Made by a program: the position numbers and the translations under genes
In this document: one piece after another, positions 12,283 through 24,580 of the stretch
Layout: every line of letters starts with the position of its first letter
Position numbering within the stretch: the first letter of the stretch is position 1
The notes under the pieces: model-generated
Databases searched by the model: none
Seen by the model: the letters and a program-made list of their open reading frames with translations, nothing else
Told to the model about the DNA's origin: nothing
NCBI RefSeq assembly: GCF_006345805.1
Contig: NC_043003.1
Location: forward strand, 4,588,001-4,652,000
Direction of reading: 5' to 3'
DNA: 64,000 bases
Source of the DNA: Octopus sinensis
Lineage: Eukaryota

Positions 12283-12426
12283 CTCTTTCACTCTTTTACT
12301 TATTTCAGTCATGCGGCCCCAGAGCATATTCTTTGTAAGCCTAGTACTTAATCTATCAGTGCTCTTGTGCTGAACCGCTAAGTTACCGGGACGTAACCAG
12401 CGATGTTGAAGGGTGGGGTGGGGGAT

Positions 12427-12518
<92 letters not shown>

Positions 12519-12672
12519 GACGGGCCTCTTTCAGTTTCCATCTACCAAATCCACACACAAGGTTTTGGTCGGCCCGGGACTATAGTAGAAGACAGCCCAA
12601 GGTGCCACGCAGTGAGACTGAACCCGAAACCATGTGGTTGCTAAGCAAGCTTCTTACCACATAGCCACTCCT
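12283..12672 (-). mobile_element. SINE family B with internal deletions
   Basis: Collinear with 11708-12139 on the opposite strand but missing parts of the 3' half. Confidence 0.85.
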
Positions 12673-13110
12673 TTATTTATCTTTTTATTTGTATATCTGT
12701 TAGTTAAACTCCTCACCTGTAATACAAGAAATGGGTTGAAGGAGTTATGCATTTCATTGGTTGGCCATAATAACAGAGAGGATCGGCCAATCACTCCAGC
12801 CCCGAACCCCGACTACAGACTCACACGCCACCTACATCTTCAACCCTTAATATTATGGCTAATAGATCTTCGGTATGGTTGATCTTGCATCATTTCGAAC
12901 GAGGCCACCCTACTCCTTCACCTCTTCACCACCCGTATTACTCTCCTTCTCACAGCTGCGACAGCAATCCACATACTCGTCGTTCAAACCCAAATTGACA
13001 AATTTATAACAGAAACGATAATCATAATAAAATAAATAAACAACTACGCAGTGTCTCATATTTTTGTTTGCCCACTCAGTTGTATCTATAAATTTATCTT
13101 TGTGTGTGTG

Positions 13111-13170
<60 letters not shown>

Positions 13171-13259
13171 ACACACACATATATATATATATGGATTTCG
13201 TAGATAGGAACTGAAACAAATCAATCGTATATATATGTAAGTATATATGTAAGTGTATG

Positions 13260-15981
13260 TGTTTTGGTATTGGCAACATGAATGACAATGGTCAGAGATT
13301 ACTTGAATTTTGCACATACCATAACCTGTGCACCACTAACAAATTCTTTGCCAACAAGACATCCCACAAGGCATCTTGGAGGAATCCAAGATGTCACCAC
13401 TGGCATCAACTGGACCTCATCATTACACGAAGACCCTTTCTGAATTCTGTTCAACTGTCTCGTAGTTACCACAACGCGGATTGTGACACAGATCATTCAC
13501 TAATAAGAAGCAGGGTGAGGATTCTGCCTAAAAAAGTCCATCACTCCAAGAAAATGGGCCGACCACGCATTAACACTGCCAGAACTTCCGACCCTACACT
13601 GCGACAATGTTTTGCTGTTTCTATCAAAATTGCCCTCAGTAGCTGCCCAACCTCCTCTGCTGAAAGTAGGTGGAATTATATCAGGGAAGCTTTGTATACC
13701 ACATCAATAGAAACTTTCGGCATGAGAGATAGGCAAAACCCAGATTTTGTTCAGTGCTGGGCTCTCAGAGCTGGAAACAGTTATCGAAGCAAAGCGTGCA
13801 GCTCTGATGTAATACAAGAGTGATTCTTCTATAAATTCACTCGAAGAACTCAGAAAGGCAAGAAATAAAACCCAACTGACTGCCAGACGCTGTGCAAATA
13901 GGTATTGGCAGGAAATCTGTCAGAGTATCCAGTCAGCTGCTGACAGTGGCAACACTCGTGGGATGTATGCCGGTTTGAAGAAGGCCCTCGGTCCATCCGC
14001 AACCAAGTCAGCCCCTCTGAAATCAACAACTGGAGATCTCATCAAGGACCAAAGCAAGCAAATGGATAGATGGATGGAGTACTACCAGGATCTCTACTCA
14101 CGAGAGACCTCGGTAGCGGAGGCGGCAGTCGAGGGTGTCAAGATCTTGCCAGTCGTGTGCGAACTTGACAGTCTGCCATCTATAACAAAGCTCACCAAGA
14201 CTATTGACTCTCTAGCAAGTAACAAGGCTCCGGGAAAAGACGGTATCCCCTTAGAGATCATCAAAACCGGCAAAAACACCATCCTGCTTCGGCACATTCA
14301 TGAACTTTTGTGTCAGTGCTGGGAAGAGGGTACGGTCCCTCAGAATATGCGGAATGCTAACATCATTACGCTTTACAAAAACAAAGGTGACCGTGGTGAT
14401 TGTAACAATTACTGTGGAAAATCTCTTCTAAGCACTGTTGGAAAGACCTTTGCTCGCGTTATCCTGTCCAGGCTACAACTGCTTGCTTCTCGATTTATCC
14501 AGAATCGCAGTGTGGCTTTAGAAGAAGCAAATCAATTATTGACATGATATTCTCCATACGCCAACTTCAGGAGAAGTCCAGAGAGCAGAAAATGCCATTA
14601 TATATGGCCTTCATTGATCGGACAAAGTCGTTTGACTTGGTAAGTAGAAAAGGCTTCTTCATCCTGCTCCAAAAAATCGGATGTCCACCAAATCTGCTGA
14701 GGATCATCACATCTTTCCATGATGATATACAAGGCACCATACAGCACAATGGTTTAACATCAGCCGCCTTCCAAATAAAAAACGGGGTAAATCAAGGTTG
14801 TGTTCTTGCTCCTACATTATTTGGCATCTTATTCTCGCTGCTGCTGTCACATGCATTTGAGACATCAGATGATGGAGTGTTTCTGCACAGTAGAAGTGAC
14901 GGGAAACTGTTCAATCTCTCGCGTCTGCGTGCCAAGACCAAAATCAGGAGCGTCCTGATCAAGGAGATGCTATTTGCTGATGATGCCGCTCTGGTATCAC
15001 ACACAGAAGAAGCTCTACGAAGGTTCATCAACTGTTTTGAGCAAGCATGTAGCGACTTTGGCTTAGTTATCAGCCTCAAGAAGACTAACATCATGGGTCA
15101 GGCTACATCAGACATCCCAAACATACATATTGGAGACGACAGACTACATGAGGTGGAGAAGTGTACCTATCTTGGCTCTATCGTTACCTACGACCTAGCC
15201 CTTGATGCTGAGCTCAATATACGCATTGGCAATGCGGCTGCTGTGATGGCCCAACTCTCCAAATGGGCATTGGACAAAAATAAGCTGACCATGACCACAA
15301 AAATGAAGATTTACCAGGCATGTGTACTTAGCACTCTACCGTATGGAAGTGAGACTTGGACGCCATACACACGCCAAGAGCGTCGCCTAAATATCTTTCA
15401 CCTGCGCTGCCTCCGGAAAATCCTTCGCTTCAAATGGCATGTCCCCAACAAAGATGTCCTCAAGCAAGCAGGAATACCAAGCATGTTTGCACTCCTCACA
15501 CAAAGACGTATGAGACGGCTTGGACATGTTAGCCGTATGGAAGATGGCAGGATCCCCAAGGACATACTCTACGGAGAGCTTGCTAGGGGCACTAGGTCTG
15601 TGGGAAGACTGTTCTTACGATACAAGGATGTTTGCAAAAGGGACATGAATGCCTACAATATCAATATTACCAACTGGGAAGCAGTTGCCAGCAACCGTGG
15701 AGATTGGCGACGTACCGTAAAAGAGGGAACAAAACGAGTGACATAGAGAGAGAGGAGAAATGGAAAGACAAGAAAAGACGTCAACAAGAAACTACGATAT
15801 TACAACCAGCCAGGCAAAGTCTTCGCTACATTTGCGGCATCTGCCAGAGGAAGTGTTTGTCTAGGATAGGACTATACAGACACAGCAGGAGATGTATTAG
15901 GACATGAAATGTAAAAGCCGGACTAGATTATTTTACGCGCAACTCTATTGTCTCCCGAGACAAAAAGGATGCCAACAACAA
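13260..15981 (+). mobile_element. 5'-truncated RTE-clade LINE (partial AP endonuclease, RT, C-terminal Cys/His motif), frameshifted
   Basis: GNMNDNGQRLLEFC...DLIITRR...DCDTDHSL (EN); KAPGKDGIP, GVNQGCVLAPTLF, MLFADDAAL (RT); CGICQRKCLSRIGLYRHSRRC; 3' end CTATTGTCTCCCGAGACAAAAAGGATGCCAACAACAA. Confidence 0.95.
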
Positions 15982-16262
15982 TATATATTTCGTAGACAGG
16001 AACTGAATCAAATCAATCGTATATATATGTATGTATATATGTAAGTGTATGGGTGTGTCTGTGTGTTTTACCCTCATCACTGCTTCACAACTGCTGTTCA
16101 TTTATTTACATCCACATAACTTTCTGATTTCACAAAAACAAACTTATAGAATAAGTGCCAGGCTTATCAACATAAAAAATGCACTAGGCTGTGTCTCATA
16201 TTTTTATTTGCCCACTCAGTTGTATCTATCAATTTATCTTTGTATGTGTGTGTATATATCTA

Positions 16263-16340
<78 letters not shown>

Positions 16341-16343
16341 CAC

Positions 16344-16396
<53 letters not shown>

Positions 16397-17379
16397 ACAC
16401 CCTAACGGGAGCCTTAACTCCCACATTTTAGTAATTTCTTTCGTGATCCAAAACTAGGTCAAAAGTACTGAATGGATTTTTAGGACATTTGGAAATTATA
16501 TTCTATGCAAAAGGGCCATAATCCCCATGACAATTCATATATCTTTGCTGTTGATGAAATTTTAACCATAGATATTAGACACAAATGAAGTAATATTTAT
16601 AAAATGTCATCTTCTTACAGTTAGAAAGACCCCTCCATGGGGACTTAACACCCAAAATTTTGTCATTTTATGTAAGCAAAAACGAATACAGTTGTGCTCT
16701 TGGAAACTGTAGGGTTACCCGAGCATAAAAGTTGAGCAATATTTGTAATTCAATGGTACAACAGTGTAAGAGTTTGCTTTGACATACACTTACATTGTGA
16801 TTTCTGCAATGTGCTGCATAAATTGTCAAGTAAATGAGAGGCATCTTTGCCTCCACTGATTCAGTGTTGAGTAAAGTTATTTGATTGCAGACCTCCTTTC
16901 AGTCTTTTTAGTATCACTGGGTCACACATAGTCCCCAGATGGTAACATTTTTTTCAAGGCCTTCCCAGATGACTGACTGGTTATTCAGAGACATTTATAG
17001 ATTGTAAATTTATTCTGTCCAGTTACGTATCAGTATGGTGGTCATTTGCAAACTCCAGAAGTGACACTTTCATTACCCATTAGCCCTGACGTCACACAGT
17101 TGTTAATGATGATTTCAGTTGGGTCACGCCCTTCCAATTGCTATAGATTCGTAATGAATCTTACGGCTGTGCCTGTCACCTGGACGGTGAGGAATCCTAC
17201 ATTGGGAGTGGTAACGACTAGGGTAGGGTTACTGACTGCTTATTGTGATCATTCGTCTTTTGGTTTCCTGTAGCTTTGCTCTCTTTTACAAACATATATT
17301 TCTTATTTCAAAGAAATTCAAACAATAGATATAAGACACAAGTTAAAAAGATTCTCAACAATTCAACTTCTCTGGTTGA

Positions 17380-17696
17380 CATTATGATGCCCACCCCCAA
17401 CAGGGGCCTTAACTCTAACATTTTAGAGCTCCATGACCTTCATTTTTCAGGAGCAAAATCTTTTTAACAGGTTCAATAAGACTGGAATTTTGGAATCTGC
17501 GCATAAAATCAGTAGTATGGGATACATGTGGCACGATTACAATTTTTTGGGGGGTGTATAAAGAGGAAAATAACCCTCATCTGCAATTTTGATGAAATTC
17601 GAAACATAGATATTCCAGTTCATTAGAGAAAATATAACAGAAAAGTCTAATTCTTCAATTGTATGTAACTCGGGCAACGCCGGGTATCTCTGCTAG
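17380..17696 (+). mobile_element. Non-autonomous Helitron, 3' portion (5' boundary uncertain, possibly about 16400)
   Basis: Terminus CGGGCAACGCCGGGTATCTCTGCTAG|T resembles those at 18502 and 36402. Confidence 0.55.
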
Positions 17697-17752
17697 TGAT
17701 CGATAAAATGACTTAGCGGTTCGATAAACACACACACACACATATATATATG

Positions 17753-17789
<37 letters not shown>

Positions 17790-17790
<1 letters not shown>

Positions 17791-18099
17791 GAGGCGCAAT
17801 GGCCTAGTGGTTAGGGCAGCGGCCTCGCGGTCGTAGGATCGCGGTTTCGATTCTCAGACCGAGCGTTGTGAGTGTTTACTGAGCGAAAACACCTAAAGCT
17901 CCACGAGGCTCCGGCATGGGGTGGTGGCGATCCTTGCTGTACTCTTTCGCCACAACTTTCTCTCACTCTTTCTTCTGTTGGCCTACTCGCTTAGCCAGCG
18001 GGGTGGCGTCATTTGAAGGCTAAAACAATGCCAAGCACATTATGACCAGCGATATGTAACAACATCTGATGACCTGGTCGGTCACGGTGATCACGGTGA
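17790..18099 (+). mobile_element. SINE family A, tail type 1
   Basis: Collinear with 98-393; intact A/B-box-like head. Confidence 0.9.
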
Positions 18100-18125
18100 T
18101 ATATATATAAATATATATATATATA

Positions 18126-18502
18126 TCTCTATATAAACGGCAGTTTGTCTGTGCGTTTTCTGTGTGTCTGTTTGCTTGTACCCTCACCCTGACCACGGCT
18201 TTCAACCGATTCTGATGAAACTTGACACACACATAGCCCAATGTCATAATTCAAAACTAACGCAGCGAAAATTTTGAAAAGTTCCCCCAGTTCTGAAAAA
18301 AATCGATAAATTCGACATGGGGTCGAGAATCAGAAACACAAACTGCAAACTGTCTAGGGGACGGAACTCCACCTTTTTTAACTAAAAAAAAATTTACCAT
18401 CATTTTTTTCAAATTTTTTGATACTTTTTGGCTATAACTCTCTAAAAATGCTTTATAGTTATTTCCCTTACAAACCTGAGCAACGCCGGGCGATACTGCT
18501 AG
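18126..18502 (+). mobile_element. Non-autonomous Helitron
   Basis: A|TC start, CTAG|T end, subterminal GAGCAACGCCGGGCGATACTG; 3' region of about 60 bp nearly identical to 36340-36402. Confidence 0.8.
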
Positions 18503-18864
18503 TATATATATATATATACATGTATCGGTAACCAATAACATACTTTCCTTACAGTTTTATGAATACGGTGAAAGTATTGACTTCTCTTTCCTTCATGACA
18601 TATCGTTGAATGGAGGAGAGAGGCCTTGGCAATTGGTTCTGCGAATGGCACAACAGGGATGGGTAAGTTACTGTATCTGAAATAGAGTCGACTAACAACG
18701 AAAGAACCCAACCAATATACAAAGACACGCACACACACACACATACACACATACACGCACACAGACACGCGCATAGATACTTATAAGTGTATATGTGCGT
18801 GGCTGAGCGTATGTGCATATGTTAGCGCATGCGTGCATGTGCGTGTTCATCGGTATTGTCTTTA

Positions 18865-19100
18865 TGAAGGCAGCGAGCTGGCAGAAACGTTAGCGCGACG
18901 GGCGAAATGCTGAGCGGTATTTCGTCTGCCGTTACGTTCTGAGTTCAAATTCCGCCGAGGTCGACTTTGCCTTTCATCCTTTCGGGGTCGATAAATTAAG
19001 TACCAGTTACGCAATTGTGGTCGATGTAATCGACTTAATCCCTTTGTCTGTCCTTGTTTGTCCCCTCTATGTTTAGCCCCTTGTGGGTAATAAAGAAATA
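18865..19100 (+). mobile_element. SINE family C with 13-bp target-site duplication GGTATTGTCTTTA
   Basis: Direct repeat at 18852-18864 and 19101-19113 brackets a complete copy. Confidence 0.9.
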
Positions 19101-19674
19101 GGTATTGTCTTTAGGTGAGTCGTTCCCTGCACTAACCATCAGACGGTCTCTTTTCTCCCCAGGGCATCACCCATCTGGAAAAGGTGAAAAGAAAAAGAAA
19201 ACACCTTCGACCACTACCATTCCTCCAAACCATTAACAACAACAACAGTAGCAACAACAACAACAGCAGCAGTAGCAACAGCATTACCAGCAGTAATGTC
19301 AACCGTCACAACAACGCTGGTTGATGTTTTTAGCTGCTCCATCGTATTCCACTGGTTCTAGAGTCCAGATGATGGATAAATATAAGCATTCAGACATGCA
19401 CGAATCTCTTCGAAATCTCATCTGGGGACGTCAGAGAAAGTTTGTCAGATTTTGAGACTTCAGGCACGATATCTTTCATATTGGATTTGCTTTTCAGTTT
19501 ACTCCAAATCATTTCGGTATACTTTCCAGAAAAGACCTTCTACTTTATGTTTCATGTGGTCTAACACACATCATATATGTATATATATATCAATACATAC
19601 GTGTATGTGTATGTATAATTGCGCACATATATATATATAATATATATATATATACACGCGCACACACACACATA

Positions 19675-19895
19675 TTTTTTTTGTTCCAATCATTTGACTG
19701 TGGCCATGCTGGAGTACCGCCTTTAGTCGAGCAAATCGACCCCAGGACTTATTCTTTGTAAGCTTAGTACCTATTTTGTCGGTCCCTTTTGCCGAACCGC
19801 TAAGTTACGGGGACGTAAGGTGCCACGCAGTGGGACTAAATCAGGAACCATGTGGTTGGTAAGCAAGTTACTTACCACACAGCCACTCCTGCGCC
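19675..19895 (-). mobile_element. SINE family B, central region deleted
   Basis: ...GGGGACGTA is fused directly to AGGTGCCACGCAG...; the middle domain and microsatellite are missing. Confidence 0.85.
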
Positions 19896-19925
19896 TATGT
19901 GTAAATATATATATGTATATATGTG

Positions 19926-19970
<45 letters not shown>

Positions 19971-20393
19971 GTATATATACATATATATATACACATATAT
20001 ACGAGTACATAATCTTTGTCATACACACAAACACAACTGCACACCACACATGCGCGTAGATGCACTCTCACACCCATTCACAGCTTCAAGACGATATTAC
20101 GTTCAATATGAAATCAATCAAAACTGTACACCTTCCGTACTAGAATATCGTTAGAGATCGCAATAACAGATAAGTAGTTCTGCTTATGGTGAGATACCAT
20201 ACACACATGTATACACATACAGACATGTGCGTGTATATATATATATATGTGTGTGTAATGAATTGTTCATTGTGCAGTGTTTTTCTTGTGTGTCTATCGA
20301 ATTTTAAGGATGTATGTATCTGTCTACCTATCTATGTACACACATATATTTACACATACATAAACATGCATACATATATATACATATACATAT

Positions 20394-20439
<46 letters not shown>

Positions 20440-21862
20440 GATATATACATACTCATTAACCATCCACGAAAACATCGTTTAAATAGCTACAAAATTTAGA
20501 GATGTTAACACTGTTGGATAGACGAACTTACATATTAGAAACGTTCCTGGCAACTGGTACATCTACATCAATTGCTGGTAGGGAAAACTGATTTCGTTTG
20601 GCAACCACAGTAAAATGCCAAAGGTTTGTAGGTCAATGCTGTGTCCTCCTTTTCGTGTTATCAGAGCGATTCAATCACTTTTCAATTATATTTACAATTC
20701 CATAGAAATTAGAGCCAACATTGAAAGTGGATATTTAAGCAATGTATTGAATTAATGGGTTGGATGTGGTGCCGGAGAAAGAGCAATAACTCTTGAAATA
20801 TGCATATACACCTATTTTTCTATATTCTATTGCATTATTTATAAAGACGTATTCGTATACGAAATTCTTAACTTTCGCTGCAGGCTCTAAATTCAATACA
20901 AAATCTATAGAGATCGCTTTAAAAATGATCGAATCGCACTGCTAACACAGCATGAATCTACAGACCTTTAATATAGTTGACGGTGTTTTATGGCTGCAAG
21001 ACGAAATACGGTGCCGGAACAACAACAACAACAACACACAAATGACAGGCAGGACACACACATGACGTGTATGCATATATATGTATATATGTACATACAT
21101 ATGTATTCATAAATATACATGAGTGTGTGTATACATATACACACATATATACACCCATACATACACACACACGCACACATACGCACACACACACATTTTC
21201 CCTTCTTCAAGTACCGAATCTAAAGACATTTGTTACGAATTGTTATTTACAGAAAAGAACAACATAGAAATACATGAAACAACCAGAGCGCCATCTACAC
21301 CAACAACAACAACGACAACAAAAATAACAAAAACGCCTATCAGAAAATATCGAAGTAAAGAAAGAAAGAAAGAAGGAAAGAAAGAAACTGGGAGAGAGGC
21401 GGAGATACAGAGTAATAGAGAGGGGGAGGGAGAGAGGGTGAGAGAGACGGAGAAATCTAAATCAAATGCGAAAGGCGAAATGTCTGAGACAGATCTTGGA
21501 GGCATTATCAAACAATGAAAACGGTAAGAAATAATTTGACTTAAGCCACCTTGGTTCATAATTAAGTTAGTCCAATGTGGACAACCCATCATTTTATTGT
21601 CAGCTATTACTTATGGTGGTGGTCGTTCGGCGAGAAGATTGACGCAGCCATCTGATTGGCTAAGCTCTAATTAATTTTGTTGTGGCACGTGTTTTCTCTT
21701 CCCAGCAAGCTTTGCAATTTTTTAAACCAATGTCTCAGCCTGTTTCCTTCGCTCTTTATTTCTCTCTCTCTCTCTCTGCCCCACCCCAACTCTCTCCTCG
21801 CTTTTCTTTATATCTCTCTACATTTCTTTCTTCATCCCCCCTTCTCTGTGTTTCAGTTCATC

Positions 21863-21893
<31 letters not shown>

Positions 21894-21966
21894 AATTATA
21901 TATATATGCACAATCAAATATGTCCTGCTTTTACTCTCATACATATATATATACATATATATATAT

Positions 21967-22003
<37 letters not shown>

Positions 22004-22041
22004 GTGTGTGTGTGTGTGTGTGCGTGTATGTGTGCGTTTAT

Positions 22042-22076
<35 letters not shown>

Positions 22077-22168
22077 GCATATATATATATATACATGCTT
22101 CTTGCATTCATCATGTTTCAATGTCTGAATAATTATCAATACACTTTTCTTTCACTTCGCTCTCCCTC

Positions 22169-22212
<44 letters not shown>

Positions 22213-22394
22213 TGTCCAGCCAAGCCTCAAGCCTTTTCTCCTCTTTTTCCTTCTTTGGTCTGGTTGAAGGGTCAGTGCCCAGAGCGTTCGTAGACACTCC
22301 CTTCACCCCAAAGGCTCATGAGTTTGGTACATTTGACGTTCCACTTAAACCACCGCGAAAAGATTACCTTAATGACACGGGCAGGCAGGTCATT

Positions 22395-22429
<35 letters not shown>

Positions 22430-23088
22430 AACGTTTTGGGGTGCGAAGATCGCGGAGATAAGGATTACCACATGAAATGAGGTGTGGAAAAAAAATACGG
22501 GTGGAGAGAGAGGAAGAAAGACGAGTAGGTTAGGAGTGACTGGGTGGAAGAGATACGAATCTAGTTAAATCTAAAGAGCAGAGACAATTGTATTAGTGGC
22601 AGGAAACACAGAGAAAAGATACGACACATCTGTAGAGCTGAATATGAAACCTGTCTGTCAGGGATTTCGCACCAATCCGCCGAAAGGATTTTCTTCAGAT
22701 GTGCTCTACGTTATCAATGAGCAGTGAGACGAATGTAGGCCAAAACTTCGAAGGCACTGTCAACCGTCTTCTTCTAAAAGTTTTATAAATATTATAATTT
22801 ATCATTATTTTGTTAAATTCATCGGTCAGGGTGTAAATGGCTGACGAGTCACATGTCGAAGCGCTACTGTCCCGGAATCTTTCACTCGTCGTAAAAAAGA
22901 GGTTTCCAATGAGGAATACTGCAACGATTAGCATATCCGCGTTCGAATCTTTCCGAACTTATTCAGAAGAAATAGGCAAGCCATCGTTAAAGAAATATGA
23001 ATCTAATGTTCAATAGTTTTTATTTTAACTTGACATTGAAAATAAACATTTATACATAAAATATATTGACGTGTGTGTATGTATGTTA

Positions 23089-23197
23089 TTGTTCAGTTTT
23101 ATTTCAAGATTTCTTTCCAATAGAGAAAGAACCGGTTTCTAACCTAGATCCAAGGTTCCTTCATCGGAATTTCAACATCAACAAGAGGGTATTTTTG
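23089..23197 (-). mobile_element. Penelope-like pseudo-LTR fragment
   Basis: Near-identical copy at 52779-52879; hammerhead-like CCGATGA...GAAACCGGTT on the minus strand. Confidence 0.65.
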
Positions 23198-23761
23198 TAT
23201 GTATATATGTATGCATGAATTCATGAATGTATGGATGTCTATTTATCATTCTACAAACACACACACACACATCAGTGAATGTGTGTGTGTGTGTGTGTGT
23301 GTGTGTTACACATACATAAAAACGGAAAATAAAGACAAAAGCAAGCTGCGAAAAATCCTTGACTCTTTAATTAATGAAGTCTATAAAATAATTATAAAGA
23401 TGGTGGAAAGGTTGGCGAGTTGGGGGGACGAGTGAGTATGCGGGTGTTGTGATGGTAGAGTAGGTGGTTGTGGTGGGGGTGATGTTGATGATGATGGCTA
23501 CAGGGGCGGAGAGAAGGGAGTCAGGCGACGTGAAGTTATACGTTAATGAAATCAATAGAACCAGAACGGAAATTGATTGGTTTGGTGATGGTGACAGTCT
23601 TCATGAAAAAGAGATGCGATAGAGATGTTGGTGATGTTGATGATGGTAGTGGTGGTGGTGGTGGTACTGGCGGTGGCGCTGGTGGTGGTGGCCGCGGCGG
23701 TGGTTGTTGTATTTGTTTGTTTTAATGGTTAATTAGTGGTGTAGCGATATTTCTGAATGTT

Positions 23762-23935
23762 GGCGGCGAGTGGCAGAATCGTTAGAATGCCGGACAAAAT
23801 GCTTAGCTGTAATTTCTTTCGCTTTCATGTTCTGAGTTCAAATTCCACCGCGGTCGATTCTGTCCTTCATCTCTTTCGTGTTCGATAAAGCACGTACCAG
23901 TGAACTACTGGGGTCGATGTAATCGACTTAATTTC
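23762..23935 (+). mobile_element. SINE family C, diverged
   Basis: GGCGGCGAGTGGCAGAATCGTTAG head and GAGTTCAAATTCCACCGCGGTCGA core. Confidence 0.8.
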
Positions 23936-24200
23936 CACCCCTTCAAAAACAATTCAAGTGTTTTGCCATATTGCCCTAAAGGGGAAACAAATATTTCTGA
24001 ATGTTGTTGCATGTTATTTAACCCCAGGTCAATCTTGAATGAGTTAAACCTATGATTAAAATCCATGGCCATCCAGTCTGTTTAGTCTGGGGCTAAATGG
24101 ACCAGAAAACAATAAGGTCCGAATAGAATTGGCTGCTTTTTCTAGCAGATCCAGCTACCATGTAGGAGCTCCCTCGTTATTTGTTGTTGTTGTTGCTGCT

Positions 24201-24580
24201 GTTTGTTTGTTTGTTTGTTGAGCGAAACGGTCTTCGTTCCGTCTGTAGTGTGAGAAGTCCGAAACGTGGTTCTTTGCTATTCATAAGACCCGCTGAAGAG
24301 AAAGCAGGTCAACCACCCGACACCGAGAGCATCGACGGATGGATGAATGCGCATCCAGGCTCAGCGGTTGCGTAGGAAGTCGGGGACAAGAAACAGGAAG
24401 AAAGAGTGAGAGAAAGTTGTAGCGGAAGAGTACAACAGGGGTCGCCACCACCCCCTGCCGGAGCCACGTGCGCTTTAGGTGTTTTCACTCAATAAACACA
24501 CACAACACCCGGTCTGGGAATCGGAACCGCAATCCTCCGACCGCGAGTACGCTGCCCTAACTACTGGGCCATTGCGCCTC
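24201..24580 (-). mobile_element. SINE family A, tail type 2
   Basis: Head and core as in 17790-17970, then a different 3' tail shared with 33647-33979; ends in (AAAC)n. Confidence 0.88.

Noticed and set aside
12700-12830. TACAG|GTGAGG site as the donor of an upstream exon
   Set aside because: No convincing acceptor in a compatible open frame; the peptide does not fit the family pattern, whereas 25666 does.
20530-20580. 43-nt exon candidate IDVDVPVARNVSN (minus)
   Set aside because: Phase-compatible with 19174, but too short to distinguish from chance splice-like motifs.
22695-22934. 79-aa ORF with hydrophobic start (MLIVAVFLIGNLFF)
   Set aside because: No recognisable domain or splice support; the length is within chance expectation.
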